The notes under the pieces are model-generated. The model was not told the DNA's origin. It saw only the letters and a program-made list of their open reading frames with translations, and searched no databases. Source: Gemmatimonadota bacterium (GTDB taxonomy: Bacteria > Gemmatimonadota > Gemmatimonadetes > Gemmatimonadales > GWC2-71-9). Taken from it: a DNA stretch of 64,000 nt. Every line of letters begins with the position of its first letter. The first letter of the stretch is position 1. The stretch lies in contig JBDHAB010000001.1 in NCBI GenBank assembly GCA_039588295.1, positions 192,001 through 256,000 of the forward strand. Direction: 5' to 3'. The translations under genes were made by a program, and so were the position numbers. Of the stretch, positions 20,175 through 29,659 are shown piece after piece.

Positions 20175-20250
20175 GCTTGCGCGCCTGCAGCGCATACCCA
20201 CCCGTTGTGGACCTTCCCACCCGCGCCAGTGATCCCCAGGAGAGACCAGC

Positions 20251-21168
20251 GTGGCGCACATCCCTGATGGCTTCCTGAGCGCGCCTGTCATCATCGGCAC
20301 GGCGGTGGCGAGCGCCGGGACCCTGGCGTTGGCCGCCCACCGCTCGCGTCGGCGACACGAGGAACGAGAGGCACTCGTGCTCGGAGCGGCCACGGCGTTC
20401 GTGTTCGCGGCTCAGATGCTCAACTTTCCGCTCGGTGCCGGTACGAGCGCGCACTTGCTCGGCGGGGTGCTCGTGGGTGCGGTCGTGGGTCCGTGGTCGG
20501 GGATGCTCGTGATGTTCGCCGTGTTGCTGGTCCAGGCGCTGCTGTTCCAGGATGGCGGGATCTCTGCGCTTGGGGCGAACACGCTCAACGTGGCGGTGAT
20601 CGGTGTTGGGGTCGGCTTCTGTGTCTACCGGTGGCTCCTCGCGCTCTGGGGAGACGGTGTCCGACGTCGCGTGACGGCTGCGTCCGTCGCGGCCTTTGTC
20701 TCAACGGGCCTAGTGGGTGTCGCGGTTGCGATCGAACTCGCGCTCTCCGGCACGGTTCCGTTCACTCCAGCAGTTGTTGCGGTCGGCGGGGGACATCTGG
20801 TCGTCGGGGTCGCGGAAGCTGTGCTGACCGGCGCGATCCTGGGAATGCTAATGCGCAGCCGGCCCGAACTGGTGACGGCAGCGGCTCCGTCGAGTGGCAT
20901 GCGGCGCTGGGCGGTTGGGACGGTAGTGGTGTCGGCTGCTCTGGCGGTGTCGGCCGCGTACCTTGCGTCCGCAAAGCCCGACGCGTTGGAAGCGGCCGCA
21001 TCGTATCTCGGCCTGGGGGCGTCCGGGCCGGTGTCTCGCTCGGCACCCTTTGCCGAGTACACCACGCCGCTCGGTGGTCCGTGGTTCGCTGCCCTCATAG
21101 GAGTAGTCGTCGTGTTCGCCGTCATCTGGATAGTGGTGAAGCTCAACCGGGCAGGTCGGCGCCCGTGA
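20251..21168 (+). CDS. cbiM: Co/Ni ECF transporter substrate component CbiM/NikM with PDGLE-like fusion
   Basis: N-terminal HIPDGFL, FVFAAQMLNFP, GTSAHLLG, DGGISALGAN; PDALE motif. Confidence 0.9.
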   Translation: MAHIPDGFLSAPVIIGTAVASAGTLALAAHRSRRRHEEREALVLGAATAFVFAAQMLNFPLGAGTSAHLLGGVLVGAVVGPWSGMLVMFAVLLVQALLFQDGGISALGANTLNVAVIGVGVGFCVYRWLLALWGDGVRRRVTAASVAAFVSTGLVGVAVAIELALSGTVPFTPAVVAVGGGHLVVGVAEAVLTGAILGMLMRSRPELVTAAAPSSGMRRWAVGTVVVSAALAVSAAYLASAKPDALEAAASYLGLGASGPVSRSAPFAEYTTPLGGPWFAALIGVVVVFAVIWIVVKLNRAGRRP

Positions 21169-21932
21169 GCTTTCACCATCTCGACCAATACGCAACCGTC
21201 GCATCGCCGGTGACCAGGATGCCTCCGACGGCCCGGCTCATCGCGGTGCTCGTGCTCGCCGTGGGGGCCGCGGCGTTGCCGCTGGGTGCGTGGCGGCAAC
21301 TGGGTGTGCTGTTCGCGTTGGTCGCCCTACTCGCGACGGTCGCACGGTTGCCGGCCAAGCTGATGCTCGTGCGCATGACCGGCCCTCTGGGGTTCGTCTT
21401 CCTCGCCTCGGTCGGACTCCTGGTGTTGGTGCCGGGCGACCCCTTGGTGCGGGTCGGATTTCTCCAGGTCAGTGACGCCGGCCTCTTACGGTTTGGGTCG
21501 GTGCTCGGGAGAGCGATCGTCGCGCTTGGCGCGGCGGTCGTCCTCGTAACGACGACCAGCTTCCCGGAGCTGCTCCACGCACTTCGGGAAATCAGACTGC
21601 CCAAGGTCGTTACCACCGCGCTCGGATTGGCGTATCGCCTGCTCTACATCCTCGTCGATGAAGTCGAGCGCCTCCAGCGAGCCGCACGTAGCCGGAACGC
21701 CGGTGCCGGAAGCGCACGGCGCCGACGAGTGCTCGTGGGCGTCGCGGCTGCCGGACTTGCTCGGACGTTTGCGCGCGGCGAGCGCACCCACCGCGCCATG
21801 CTGGCACGGGGCTATCGCGGCGATCTCCCGACGCTCAGCGAACAGCGGTGGGATCGCCGGTCGGTGGTAGCGCTCGTGACGCTCGTGACCCTCGTCGGCG
21901 TCACAACGGTCTCCGCGTACGTGGGCCGGTGA
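21165..21932 (+). CDS. cbiQ: ECF transporter T component CbiQ
   Basis: TT.FPELL.AL, YRLLYILVDE..RL..AARSR and AMLARGY motifs; GTG start overlaps the cbiM stop. Confidence 0.9.
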   Translation: MSFHHLDQYATVASPVTRMPPTARLIAVLVLAVGAAALPLGAWRQLGVLFALVALLATVARLPAKLMLVRMTGPLGFVFLASVGLLVLVPGDPLVRVGFLQVSDAGLLRFGSVLGRAIVALGAAVVLVTTTSFPELLHALREIRLPKVVTTALGLAYRLLYILVDEVERLQRAARSRNAGAGSARRRRVLVGVAAAGLARTFARGERTHRAMLARGYRGDLPTLSEQRWDRRSVVALVTLVTLVGVTTVSAYVGR

Positions 21933-22654
21933 TGGTCCCACTCCTCGAGATCGTGGGACTCGGCTACGCCTATCCTGACGGAACGGCGGCCCTGCAAGAT
22001 GTCTCGCTTGCGATCGCGAGTGGTGACCGGGTGGCGTTGCTCGGACCGACTGGCTCGGGCAAGAGCACACTGCTGCAGCACGCGAACGGCCTGCTCCAAC
22101 CCGCGGACGGGACGGTGGTCGTGGATGGCATCCCCATTCAGGACGACACGGTGCGCGATGTGCGTCGGAAGGTGGGGCTCGTGTTTCAAGACCCCAACGA
22201 CCAGCTGTTCCTCCCGACCCTGCTCGAGGACGTCGCCTTCGGGCCGCTCAATAACGGGCACTCGGTGGTAGAGGCCGAAACGTTGGCCGTCGCGATGTTG
22301 TCGGAACTCGGGCTCGCAGGAGCACGGCATCGGGCCGCCCATCATCTCAGCGGAGGCGAGCGACGCCTTGCGGCGTTGGCGACGGTGCTGGTCAGCCGGC
22401 CCCTTCTCCTGGCGCTCGACGAGCCGACGGGGGACCTGGACGCACGAAGTCGGCGTCGCTTGGTGCATCTGCTCCGCCAGAGACCCGAAACACTGCTCGT
22501 GGCAACCCACGACCTCGAGCTGGCGCGAGCCGTCTGCGGCCGTGGCGTGGTACTGCACGAAGGGCGCGTCGTGACGGACGCGCCCCTGGGTGACCTGCTG
22601 ACGGACCGAGACCTGCTCGAGCGCTACGGCCTCGCCGCGGACCTGTCCGACTAG
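21932..22654 (+). CDS. cbiO: ECF transporter ATPase CbiO
   Basis: GPTGSGKST, VFQDPNDQLF, DVAFGP, LSGGE and LDEP. Confidence 0.92.
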   Translation: MVPLLEIVGLGYAYPDGTAALQDVSLAIASGDRVALLGPTGSGKSTLLQHANGLLQPADGTVVVDGIPIQDDTVRDVRRKVGLVFQDPNDQLFLPTLLEDVAFGPLNNGHSVVEAETLAVAMLSELGLAGARHRAAHHLSGGERRLAALATVLVSRPLLLALDEPTGDLDARSRRRLVHLLRQRPETLLVATHDLELARAVCGRGVVLHEGRVVTDAPLGDLLTDRDLLERYGLAADLSD

Positions 22655-22687
22655 CGACCGGCATCGAGCTTGGGTGATGTCGGCGGC

Positions 22688-23305
22688 TTACCGTGTCTGC
22701 TCTACCGACAACGAGGATACGTGCAGGTTAAGTCCGTGGTTGACCCGTAGGCCGACGATCCCATCGGTGTCGACGCTTGAGCGCGGAAGGCTCGCGACTT
22801 GCTGCGCGTTGACGTAAAAGTCCACGGTTTGAGCACCCGCACGGATCTCGAGCACGTTCTTGGCTGTTCCCTCACCGCCGTCGTGTTCGACGATCGCTTC
22901 ATGCGGCTTCCACGGGGACAGTGTCTCCGTCTGCCGGCCGCGCCGCTGCTTGATGAGGAAACTGCCGTCCTTCCGAATGAGGAAGTAGGTGTACGACTGG
23001 TCCGGGCCGTCCAGGTCCCGACCGCCCAGGAAGACCCCAAACGCCTCCCGCCGTTCTCCCGGGAACAGGAAGATCTCCGACTGGACGTGGTAATCACCCG
23101 TCGCCGTGCGGGCGGGGTCGTACAGGATACAGGCCGGCCCCGTTGTGATGTGCCAGCCGGGCGGCATCTCGACGAAATACAGTGCGGAGTCGGGCGAGTT
23201 GGGTCGGTCGAACCGGATCTTCCATTCGGCTGGGCGTTCCAGGTCTTGGGCGGCTGCGGCCTGTGCGATGCAGAGCAAGGCGGCAGCAAGGAGCAGGGGT
23301 CGCAT
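22688..23305 (-). CDS. Secreted beta-sandwich protein (DUF1080-like)
   Basis: Signal peptide MRPLLLAAALL; beta-strand-rich, FYVN and G.VGLRV patterns. Confidence 0.65.
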   Translation of the reverse strand: MRPLLLAAALLCIAQAAAAQDLERPAEWKIRFDRPNSPDSALYFVEMPPGWHITTGPACILYDPARTATGDYHVQSEIFLFPGERREAFGVFLGGRDLDGPDQSYTYFLIRKDGSFLIKQRRGRQTETLSPWKPHEAIVEHDGGEGTAKNVLEIRAGAQTVDFYVNAQQVASLPRSSVDTDGIVGLRVNHGLNLHVSSLSVEQTR

Positions 23306-23591
23306 ATCTCGATGACCTCGGGAGGCAAGGGTGGACTGGGTTCGAGGAGCTTGGGACACTAGCCGGTCACGGCATATCTCGCCAGTGGACGGAGGCCGCT
23401 GTTCCGGTGCGTCGATTTCGACATGACGGCGTCTCACAACAAGCCCCCGATAGCCTGAAGACGCGACGGGATGGTACACGAACTTGTCGTGTGAGGTGCC
23501 CGCTGCCCTCGGTGGAACAAGTGAGGTGGGCTGGGTGTTATGCGATAACTTCCCGTTCCAGTTGCCATTCTTGCCACGAGGGGGTCCTCCC

Positions 23592-24035
23592 GTGCCCACG
23601 CTTCGTCACGTCACCATTCCGTTAGCGCTCTTCGCCGCCACAGGTGTTGCCTGTGCGGGAGATGGCCCCGCCGGCCCAGGGGGAAACCCGGGTGGTGGTG
23701 GGACGCCCACGTTCGCGGCGGATGTGCAGCCGATCTTCACCACCAACTGCGCGGTTTCCGGATGCCATGCGGGGGCGGCTCCAGCCCAAGGTATGACCCT
23801 CAGCACAGGCCAGGCGTTCGCCAACACCGTGAACGTCGCATCGAACCAAGTTCAGGGCTTGGATCGCATCGAGCCTAATCAGCCGGACCAGAGCTATCTC
23901 GTGCACAAGATCCAGGGCACCCAGGCCTCGGTGGGCGGCAGCGGGAATCGCATGCCACTCGGTGGGGCTTCGTTGTCTCAAGCGGACATCGACACAATCC
24001 GTGACTGGATCACCGCCGGCGCGCAAAACAACTAA
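23592..24035 (+). CDS. Lipoprotein c-type cytochrome with atypical CX4CH motif
   Basis: VAC lipobox, FAADVQPIF...CAVSGCH, SYLVHKI, RMP (distal Met) and IRDWI..GA. Confidence 0.75.
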   Translation: MPTLRHVTIPLALFAATGVACAGDGPAGPGGNPGGGGTPTFAADVQPIFTTNCAVSGCHAGAAPAQGMTLSTGQAFANTVNVASNQVQGLDRIEPNQPDQSYLVHKIQGTQASVGGSGNRMPLGGASLSQADIDTIRDWITAGAQNN

Positions 24036-24071
24036 ACTGCCAACGTCCTCAATCGAGACGGAGGTCTACGC

Positions 24072-25196
24072 ATGTCGCAGCGGACGCGCGGGCTGGCGCT
24101 CGTCGCCCTGGTCGCGGTGGCCGGATTTCTTCCGTGCCGGAGCCTCGTTGCGGAGCCATATCTCGCGCTGCGGACCGGACTCAAGTGTGCGCAGTGTCAC
24201 GTGAACCGGACGGGTGGTGGCGGACGCAATGCCTTCGGCAGCGCGTGGGCCCAAACGCAGCTTCCCATGCACACCGTAGGGATTCGGAGCCGTTCGCTCA
24301 GTGATTGGGTGTCGATCGGCCTTGATCTCCGCGCCGTCGGATCGTGGAATGCGAACGTCGGTGACGGCCTGGAGGGTGCAATACCGCGAACTGCGGTCGA
24401 GATCCCGGAGGCACAGATCCAGCTCGAAGCCCGACTCATCGACGATCGACTCGCGTTCTACGTGGATCAGACCATGGGTCCCGAGCGGGCGTTCGCGCGC
24501 GAAGCCTTCGGTATCGTTGAACGTCTGCCGCTCAACGGCTACGCGAAGGTCGGGAAATTCATGCTCCCGTATGGGTGGCGGATCTGGGACGACGGAGCCT
24601 TCATTCGCGAAGAGACCGGCTTCACGTTTCTCACTCCGGACATCGGGGTCGAGATCGGCATCGAGCCCGGACCCCTCTCGTGGTTCGTCGCGATCTCAAA
24701 CGGGAGCGTGGGGACATCCGAAGGCAACAGCGACAAGATGATCACATCGAGTGCGATGGTGACGTTTCCGCGCTTCCGCTTTGGTGCGTCGGCGTCGCAC
24801 AACAGCGGCGAGGGTCTGGAGACCAACATCGTCGGGGCGTTCGGTGGTGTGTCGGTCGGTCCGTTCTCGGTTCTCGGCGAGGTTGACCTTCTGTTCGATT
24901 CATTCGAGGCGGATCCCTCGGCCAACCAGGACGGCTTCCTGGCGTTCGTCGAGGGGAATCTCCTGGTGCGGAGAGGTCTGAACCTCAAGGTCACGCATGG
25001 GTTCCACGATCCGACGGCCAGCGTTCGAAGCGCGGTGACCGGCACGGCGGAGGACCAGCGGGCGCGAACCCGCGTAGGCGTGGAAGCGTTCCCGATTTCC
25101 TTTGTGCAGGTCGCGGCGTTCTACACGCGCCTCGACAACGCTGGGGAGCCTAACGACATCGACAGGCTGACGCTCGAACTGCACTTCCACTTCTAG
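24072..25196 (+). CDS. Cytochrome c (CxxCH)-outer-membrane beta-barrel fusion, Cyc2-like architecture
   Basis: Signal peptide, AEPYLALRTGLKCAQCH...NAFG, amphipathic beta strands, C-terminal LELHFHF. Confidence 0.72.
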   Translation: MSQRTRGLALVALVAVAGFLPCRSLVAEPYLALRTGLKCAQCHVNRTGGGGRNAFGSAWAQTQLPMHTVGIRSRSLSDWVSIGLDLRAVGSWNANVGDGLEGAIPRTAVEIPEAQIQLEARLIDDRLAFYVDQTMGPERAFAREAFGIVERLPLNGYAKVGKFMLPYGWRIWDDGAFIREETGFTFLTPDIGVEIGIEPGPLSWFVAISNGSVGTSEGNSDKMITSSAMVTFPRFRFGASASHNSGEGLETNIVGAFGGVSVGPFSVLGEVDLLFDSFEADPSANQDGFLAFVEGNLLVRRGLNLKVTHGFHDPTASVRSAVTGTAEDQRARTRVGVEAFPISFVQVAAFYTRLDNAGEPNDIDRLTLELHFHF

Positions 25197-25372
25197 TTCG
25201 AAACCATCCAGAACCAGGCCCGTGTCGCGGCGTTGAGCCCCGGCCACGGGCCTGGGCAGATTTGTGACGCCGAGCTCGGCAATGGAATCCGGGCTGGTGG
25301 TGGTGCATCTTTAAATATTCCCCAATTCGACAACATGACAACGTGTGCCTGGGTGGGAGGAGTGTTCGACGA

Positions 25373-27001
25373 ATGAGTGGAGATATTCAGGTTCCGGTAC
25401 CAGTCAACGAGCCCGTGCGAGACTATGCACCGGGTACGCCCGAGCGAGCCGCGCTCAAAGGGAAGCTCGCCGAGATGTCTTCGCAGCAGATTGAGCTCCC
25501 GCTGCTCATCGGCGGAGAGGAGGTTTGGACCGGCAAGACCTACAAGGCCACGGTGCCCCACGATCGCAAGCGGGTGCTCGCTACGTGGCACATGGCCGGC
25601 GCGGAGGAAGCGAAGCAGGCCGTCCGGTCGTCCCGGCGGGCATGGAGAGAGTGGTCCGAGTGGCCGTGGCAGGATCGTGCGTCGGTGCTCCTCAAGGCAG
25701 CCGATCTGCTTGCGGGACCCTACCGTGACACCATCAACGCGGCGACCATGCTGTGCCAGAGCAAGACCGCGCACCAATCGGAGATCGACGGCGCCTGTGA
25801 GCTGATCGACTTCTTCCGGTTCAACGTGTTGTTCGCTGAGCAGCTCTACGCCGACCAGCCGATGTCCGCCGATGGCATGTGGAACCGGATGGAGTACAGA
25901 CCGCTGGAAGGCTTCATCTACGCGATCACGCCGTTCAACTTCACGTCGATTGCGGGGAACTTGCCCACCGCCCCGGCGCTCATGGGGAACACGGTGTTGT
26001 GGAAGCCATCCCGGCCCGCAGTCTACAGCGCCTACTTCCTCGCGAAGATGTTTGAAGAGGCCGGCTTCCCGCCGGGTGTGATCAACTTTGTACCGGGTCA
26101 CCCCGTGGCGGTGACCGAGGCGGCACTCTCCAATCCGAGCTTCGCGGGCATTCACTACACCGGTTCGACTGCGGTCTTTCAGGGGTTCTACCGCACGATC
26201 GGAGAGCGGATTGCGACGTACAAGACGTATCCGAGAATCGTGGGGGAGACCGGTGGCAAGGACTTCATCGTCGCGCACGCGAGTGCGGACGAGGACGCGC
26301 TCCGCACGGCGATCGTGCGCGGTGCGTTCGAGTATCAGGGGCAGAAGTGCAGTGCGGCCTCGAGAGTATACATTCCGGAGAGCCTCTGGAAGCAGATGAG
26401 AAACCGGCTGCTCGACGAGATCGCCGACATCCGGATGGGGGACGTGGCCGATTTCCGGAACTTCATGGGCGCGGTGATCGACGAGAAAGCGTTCGACGAT
26501 ATCTCGACCTATATCGCCAACGCTCGCAAGTCGAAGGACGCCCGGGTGCTCGTTGGGGGAGAGGCCGACAAGTCCAAAGGGTTCTTCATTCGCCCAACCG
26601 TGATCCTGGCGAAGAAGCCGGACTACGTCACGATGTGCGAGGAGATCTTCGGGCCCGTGGTCACCGTGTACGTCTACCCCGACAACAAGTGGAACGAGAC
26701 CCTGAGGCTCGTGGACGCCACGTCGCCCTACGCGCTGACGGGAGCGGTTTTCGCCACCGACCGCAAGGCGGTTCGGAAAGCACTCGTCGCATTGCGTCAC
26801 TCGGCCGGGAACTTCTACGTCAACGACAAGCCGACGGGCGCGGTCGTTGGGCAGCAACCATTCGGTGGCGCGCGCGCGAGTGGAACCAACGACAAGGCGG
26901 GGTCCATGCTGAACCTCGTGCGCTGGGTGTCGGCTCGGTCGATCAAGGAGACGTTCGTGCCGGCGACGGACTACCGGTACCCGTTCATGGCGGAGAAGTA
27001 G
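25373..27001 (+). CDS. pruA: L-glutamate gamma-semialdehyde (P5C) dehydrogenase
   Basis: NEPVRDYAPG, TPFNFTSI, GETGGKDF, FEYQGQKCSA, EEIFGP and SGTNDKAG. Confidence 0.95.
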   Translation: MSGDIQVPVPVNEPVRDYAPGTPERAALKGKLAEMSSQQIELPLLIGGEEVWTGKTYKATVPHDRKRVLATWHMAGAEEAKQAVRSSRRAWREWSEWPWQDRASVLLKAADLLAGPYRDTINAATMLCQSKTAHQSEIDGACELIDFFRFNVLFAEQLYADQPMSADGMWNRMEYRPLEGFIYAITPFNFTSIAGNLPTAPALMGNTVLWKPSRPAVYSAYFLAKMFEEAGFPPGVINFVPGHPVAVTEAALSNPSFAGIHYTGSTAVFQGFYRTIGERIATYKTYPRIVGETGGKDFIVAHASADEDALRTAIVRGAFEYQGQKCSAASRVYIPESLWKQMRNRLLDEIADIRMGDVADFRNFMGAVIDEKAFDDISTYIANARKSKDARVLVGGEADKSKGFFIRPTVILAKKPDYVTMCEEIFGPVVTVYVYPDNKWNETLRLVDATSPYALTGAVFATDRKAVRKALVALRHSAGNFYVNDKPTGAVVGQQPFGGARASGTNDKAGSMLNLVRWVSARSIKETFVPATDYRYPFMAEK

Positions 27002-27082
27002 GTGGCGGTTGTGATCTAGGTCATTGACTCCTGGGGCTCGGCCTAAATCTTTGAACGGCCCTACGATAGGAAGAATCTTGCC

Positions 27083-28336
27083 GTGTCTACATCGAGACTG
27101 CTGCTAGTCGCCGCGGGCGTGGCCCTTGCGTCCGTGGCGTGCGAGCCGGCCAGCATCACCGACGCGAGGAACCAGCTTGGGCGCGGTGATGAGCGGGTGG
27201 TCGAGTTCGTCCTCCCGGTATCACTCGACACGCTCACGGTGCTCGAGATCCTCGAAGACTTCGTGGACGTGATTCCCATCACCCTCGCCGACGGCGTGTT
27301 GGCCGTCCCGACGGACGACCAGCTCTTCACTGTCGGTACGGGAGCCGCGATCGGCCCGATCTCGGGGATCCTTGACCCTGCGGTGCTGAACTTCGTCACC
27401 GAGCAGTGGCGCGAGGTGAATACGACCTCCCTCAATCTCGGCCAGTTCGATACGGCCGCCCGGGATGCGACCATTAACAGGGGGCTGACCGCGCTGGAAG
27501 TGTCGAACAGTGCCGACGCACCGCTGACCCTGACCGACTTCACGCTCGGTGTCGTGCAGGTGGACGCATCCGGCCAGCCGCTCCGCGACGCGTTTGGCGA
27601 TCTCCTGTATGAAGAGGACACCGGTGTCCCCATCCTAGTCCCGGTCGCCGATCCCGGCGGTCCCACCTGGAGCATCGGGAGGAGTTCGATTCGGGTCGAC
27701 ACGCTGGACGCTCCGCTCCTGGTCGATCGGCTCGTGGATCTGCTGCTGGATGGTGTCCGGGCTGCATTGGTGGGTGCAGGTACCGTGAGTGTAGGGGACG
27801 GCACGGTCGGGACCGTCACGGCGGGTGACCAGCTGCTCGTGACCATCACTCCCATTATCGGGCTCGACTTCACCATCCCGCAGACCGGAGTTGGCTTCGA
27901 CAGCACCACGGTCCAGGACGGGCTGGATCTCGAGCCCGAAGATGCCAACGATATCGTATCGTTGGTCGACTCTGCCGTGGTCGTGTTGACGGTCGACAAT
28001 CAAACCCCCTTTGCGGTCAATGCCACGGTTGCGGTGGTCGAAGGCTCCGTCGTGGGTGACGTATTCGCCGCCCCTGGGGCGGTTCTCCTCGATCCCGTGA
28101 GTGTTGCTGGGGCCACCGTGGACGCCGGCGGTCGGGTGACATCTGCGACGATGGACGTCGCGAGCGTCACGCTCGTCGGGGACGACGTTCGCCCGTTCCT
28201 CGCTGCGCAGTTCACTGCAGGTGTCCAGGTGCAACTGCTCCCGGCCGCGGGGGGCCGGGGCGCGCTGCGTGCCTCGGATCGCGTCATGGTCGAGTCCCAA
28301 GCGCACGTCTTTGTGCGGTCGGGAGGTGCCCCATGA
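27083..28336 (+). CDS. Hypothetical beta-rich lipoprotein
   Basis: VAC lipobox; Val/Thr/Asp-rich beta-sandwich composition. Confidence 0.75.
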   Translation: MSTSRLLLVAAGVALASVACEPASITDARNQLGRGDERVVEFVLPVSLDTLTVLEILEDFVDVIPITLADGVLAVPTDDQLFTVGTGAAIGPISGILDPAVLNFVTEQWREVNTTSLNLGQFDTAARDATINRGLTALEVSNSADAPLTLTDFTLGVVQVDASGQPLRDAFGDLLYEEDTGVPILVPVADPGGPTWSIGRSSIRVDTLDAPLLVDRLVDLLLDGVRAALVGAGTVSVGDGTVGTVTAGDQLLVTITPIIGLDFTIPQTGVGFDSTTVQDGLDLEPEDANDIVSLVDSAVVVLTVDNQTPFAVNATVAVVEGSVVGDVFAAPGAVLLDPVSVAGATVDAGGRVTSATMDVASVTLVGDDVRPFLAAQFTAGVQVQLLPAAGGRGALRASDRVMVESQAHVFVRSGGAP

Positions 28337-29601
28337 AGCGCTCGGGACTGTTCCTCCTGGCCCTGCTTGCGTCGGGGGTGGACCTGGCCGCTCAGGCGGT
28401 GCCGGACCGCTCTCAAGCGGCCCAGTTGCCGATGGCCTATCGCCGCACGCCACAGCTCAGGGTGGATCCGTTCAGACATGTGATGATCCCGCACTGGGGT
28501 CTGGTGATCTCGGGTGGCGCCCTCGCGGGCAACAATACGCTCAACATCGCTGATGTCCGCGCGCTGATCTTCCTGGCCGACCGCGACAGTCTCCTGATCA
28601 GCGACGTGGTGAACACGTTCGGTCTCGTGCCCGCCGGTGCGGGTGTGGTGGGTGATGCCGAGGGCGAAGGAGGAATTCACCTCGGTGGGCCGTTTGGGAG
28701 GCATGTCTCGGTGGGACTTTCGTTCCAGGGTCGCGGCTACGGCGCGTTCCTGGTGGACGACGACGCCGTGGCGCTGCTGCGGGACGGGAATGCCGCCGAC
28801 TCGATCTTCGAGCTGGGGGAGACCCAGGGAGCAGGACTTGGCACGGCCGAACTTGGTGCCCACGCCGTGATACGCCTCGGCCCGCTCGGCACGGAGGATG
28901 GCGTGGAGGTTTCGCTCGGCTTTGGTGGGCGCTATATCCGGCCGCTCGTGTACGGAAGCGCCCAGTCCTCGATCGCGGACAGCCGCGTACTGGTGACCGG
29001 TGACACGGTTGACGCCCAGGTGGACGTGGAAGCGCTCTTCACTCCGGATTTCCAGAGCAACCGAGGGTCCGGCCTCGCGGCTGACTTCCTGGTGCGCCTC
29101 GAGTGGCCGACATCGGGGATTGCCTTTGAAGCGCTCCTCGCCAACCTCGGCAGTGTGACCGTCGAACAGGTCGAACAGCAGGGATTGAGCCTCAACGTTG
29201 TCACGACCGACCTCCAGGTGGTCTCGGATTCGCTCGAGGCGGCGGATTTCACGGTCGAGGACACGGTCGAGGTCTCGGTCAGCCTGCCACGGATTTTCCG
29301 GCTCTCGGCGAGCGCTTGGGCGAATCGCATTCTGCAGCTCGACGTCGCCGCCACCATTCCGGTGGGCGGGGACTTCGAACGTCCCCTGGCTGTCCATCTC
29401 GGCTCGACATGGCGCTTTGTGAATAGCTTCCCCCTGCGCGCCGGCCTGGAGTTAGGTGGGCACCACGGCGTCGGAGTGACCGGCGGATTCGGGATCGAGA
29501 CGCGCAACTTCTACATGCAAACGCTAGGCGGTTCGTTCGGCGGTTTGTTCGAGAGTGCGAATGGCGTGGCGGCGAGACTCGAGCTAGGGTTCTTCTTCTA
29601 G
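28333..29601 (+). CDS. Putative outer-membrane beta-barrel protein (DUF5723-like)
   Basis: Signal peptide, alternating beta strands, C-terminal LELGFFF; overlaps the upstream lipoprotein stop. Confidence 0.7.
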   Translation: MKRSGLFLLALLASGVDLAAQAVPDRSQAAQLPMAYRRTPQLRVDPFRHVMIPHWGLVISGGALAGNNTLNIADVRALIFLADRDSLLISDVVNTFGLVPAGAGVVGDAEGEGGIHLGGPFGRHVSVGLSFQGRGYGAFLVDDDAVALLRDGNAADSIFELGETQGAGLGTAELGAHAVIRLGPLGTEDGVEVSLGFGGRYIRPLVYGSAQSSIADSRVLVTGDTVDAQVDVEALFTPDFQSNRGSGLAADFLVRLEWPTSGIAFEALLANLGSVTVEQVEQQGLSLNVVTTDLQVVSDSLEAADFTVEDTVEVSVSLPRIFRLSASAWANRILQLDVAATIPVGGDFERPLAVHLGSTWRFVNSFPLRAGLELGGHHGVGVTGGFGIETRNFYMQTLGGSFGGLFESANGVAARLELGFFF

Positions 29602-29614
29602 GGTGTTGACGTGG

Positions 29615-29644
29615 CAGCCCGGCAGGCTTCTGCCTGCCGGGCTG
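29615..29644. terminator. Perfect 13-bp inverted repeat (probable terminator or stabilising hairpin)
   Basis: CAGCCCGGCAGGC-TTCT-GCCTGCCGGGCTG; weak U-tract. Confidence 0.6.
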
Positions 29645-29653
29645 TGTTATAAT
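29645..29653 (+). promoter_or_regulatory. Extended -10 promoter TGnTATAAT
   Basis: TGTTATAAT ends 6 nt before the ATG at 29660. Confidence 0.65.
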
Positions 29654-29659
29654 TGCTGA

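Noticed and set aside
20175..20250. Cobalamin riboswitch upstream of cbiM
   Set aside because: Only a weak CCAGGAGAGACC resemblance; the core motifs are missing and just 76 nt separate the att fragment from the start codon.
25193..26857. 554-aa antisense ORF opposite pruA, and similar long antisense ORFs over mutS, rtcB and others
   Set aside because: Expected shadow ORFs of high-GC codon usage with no recognisable motifs.
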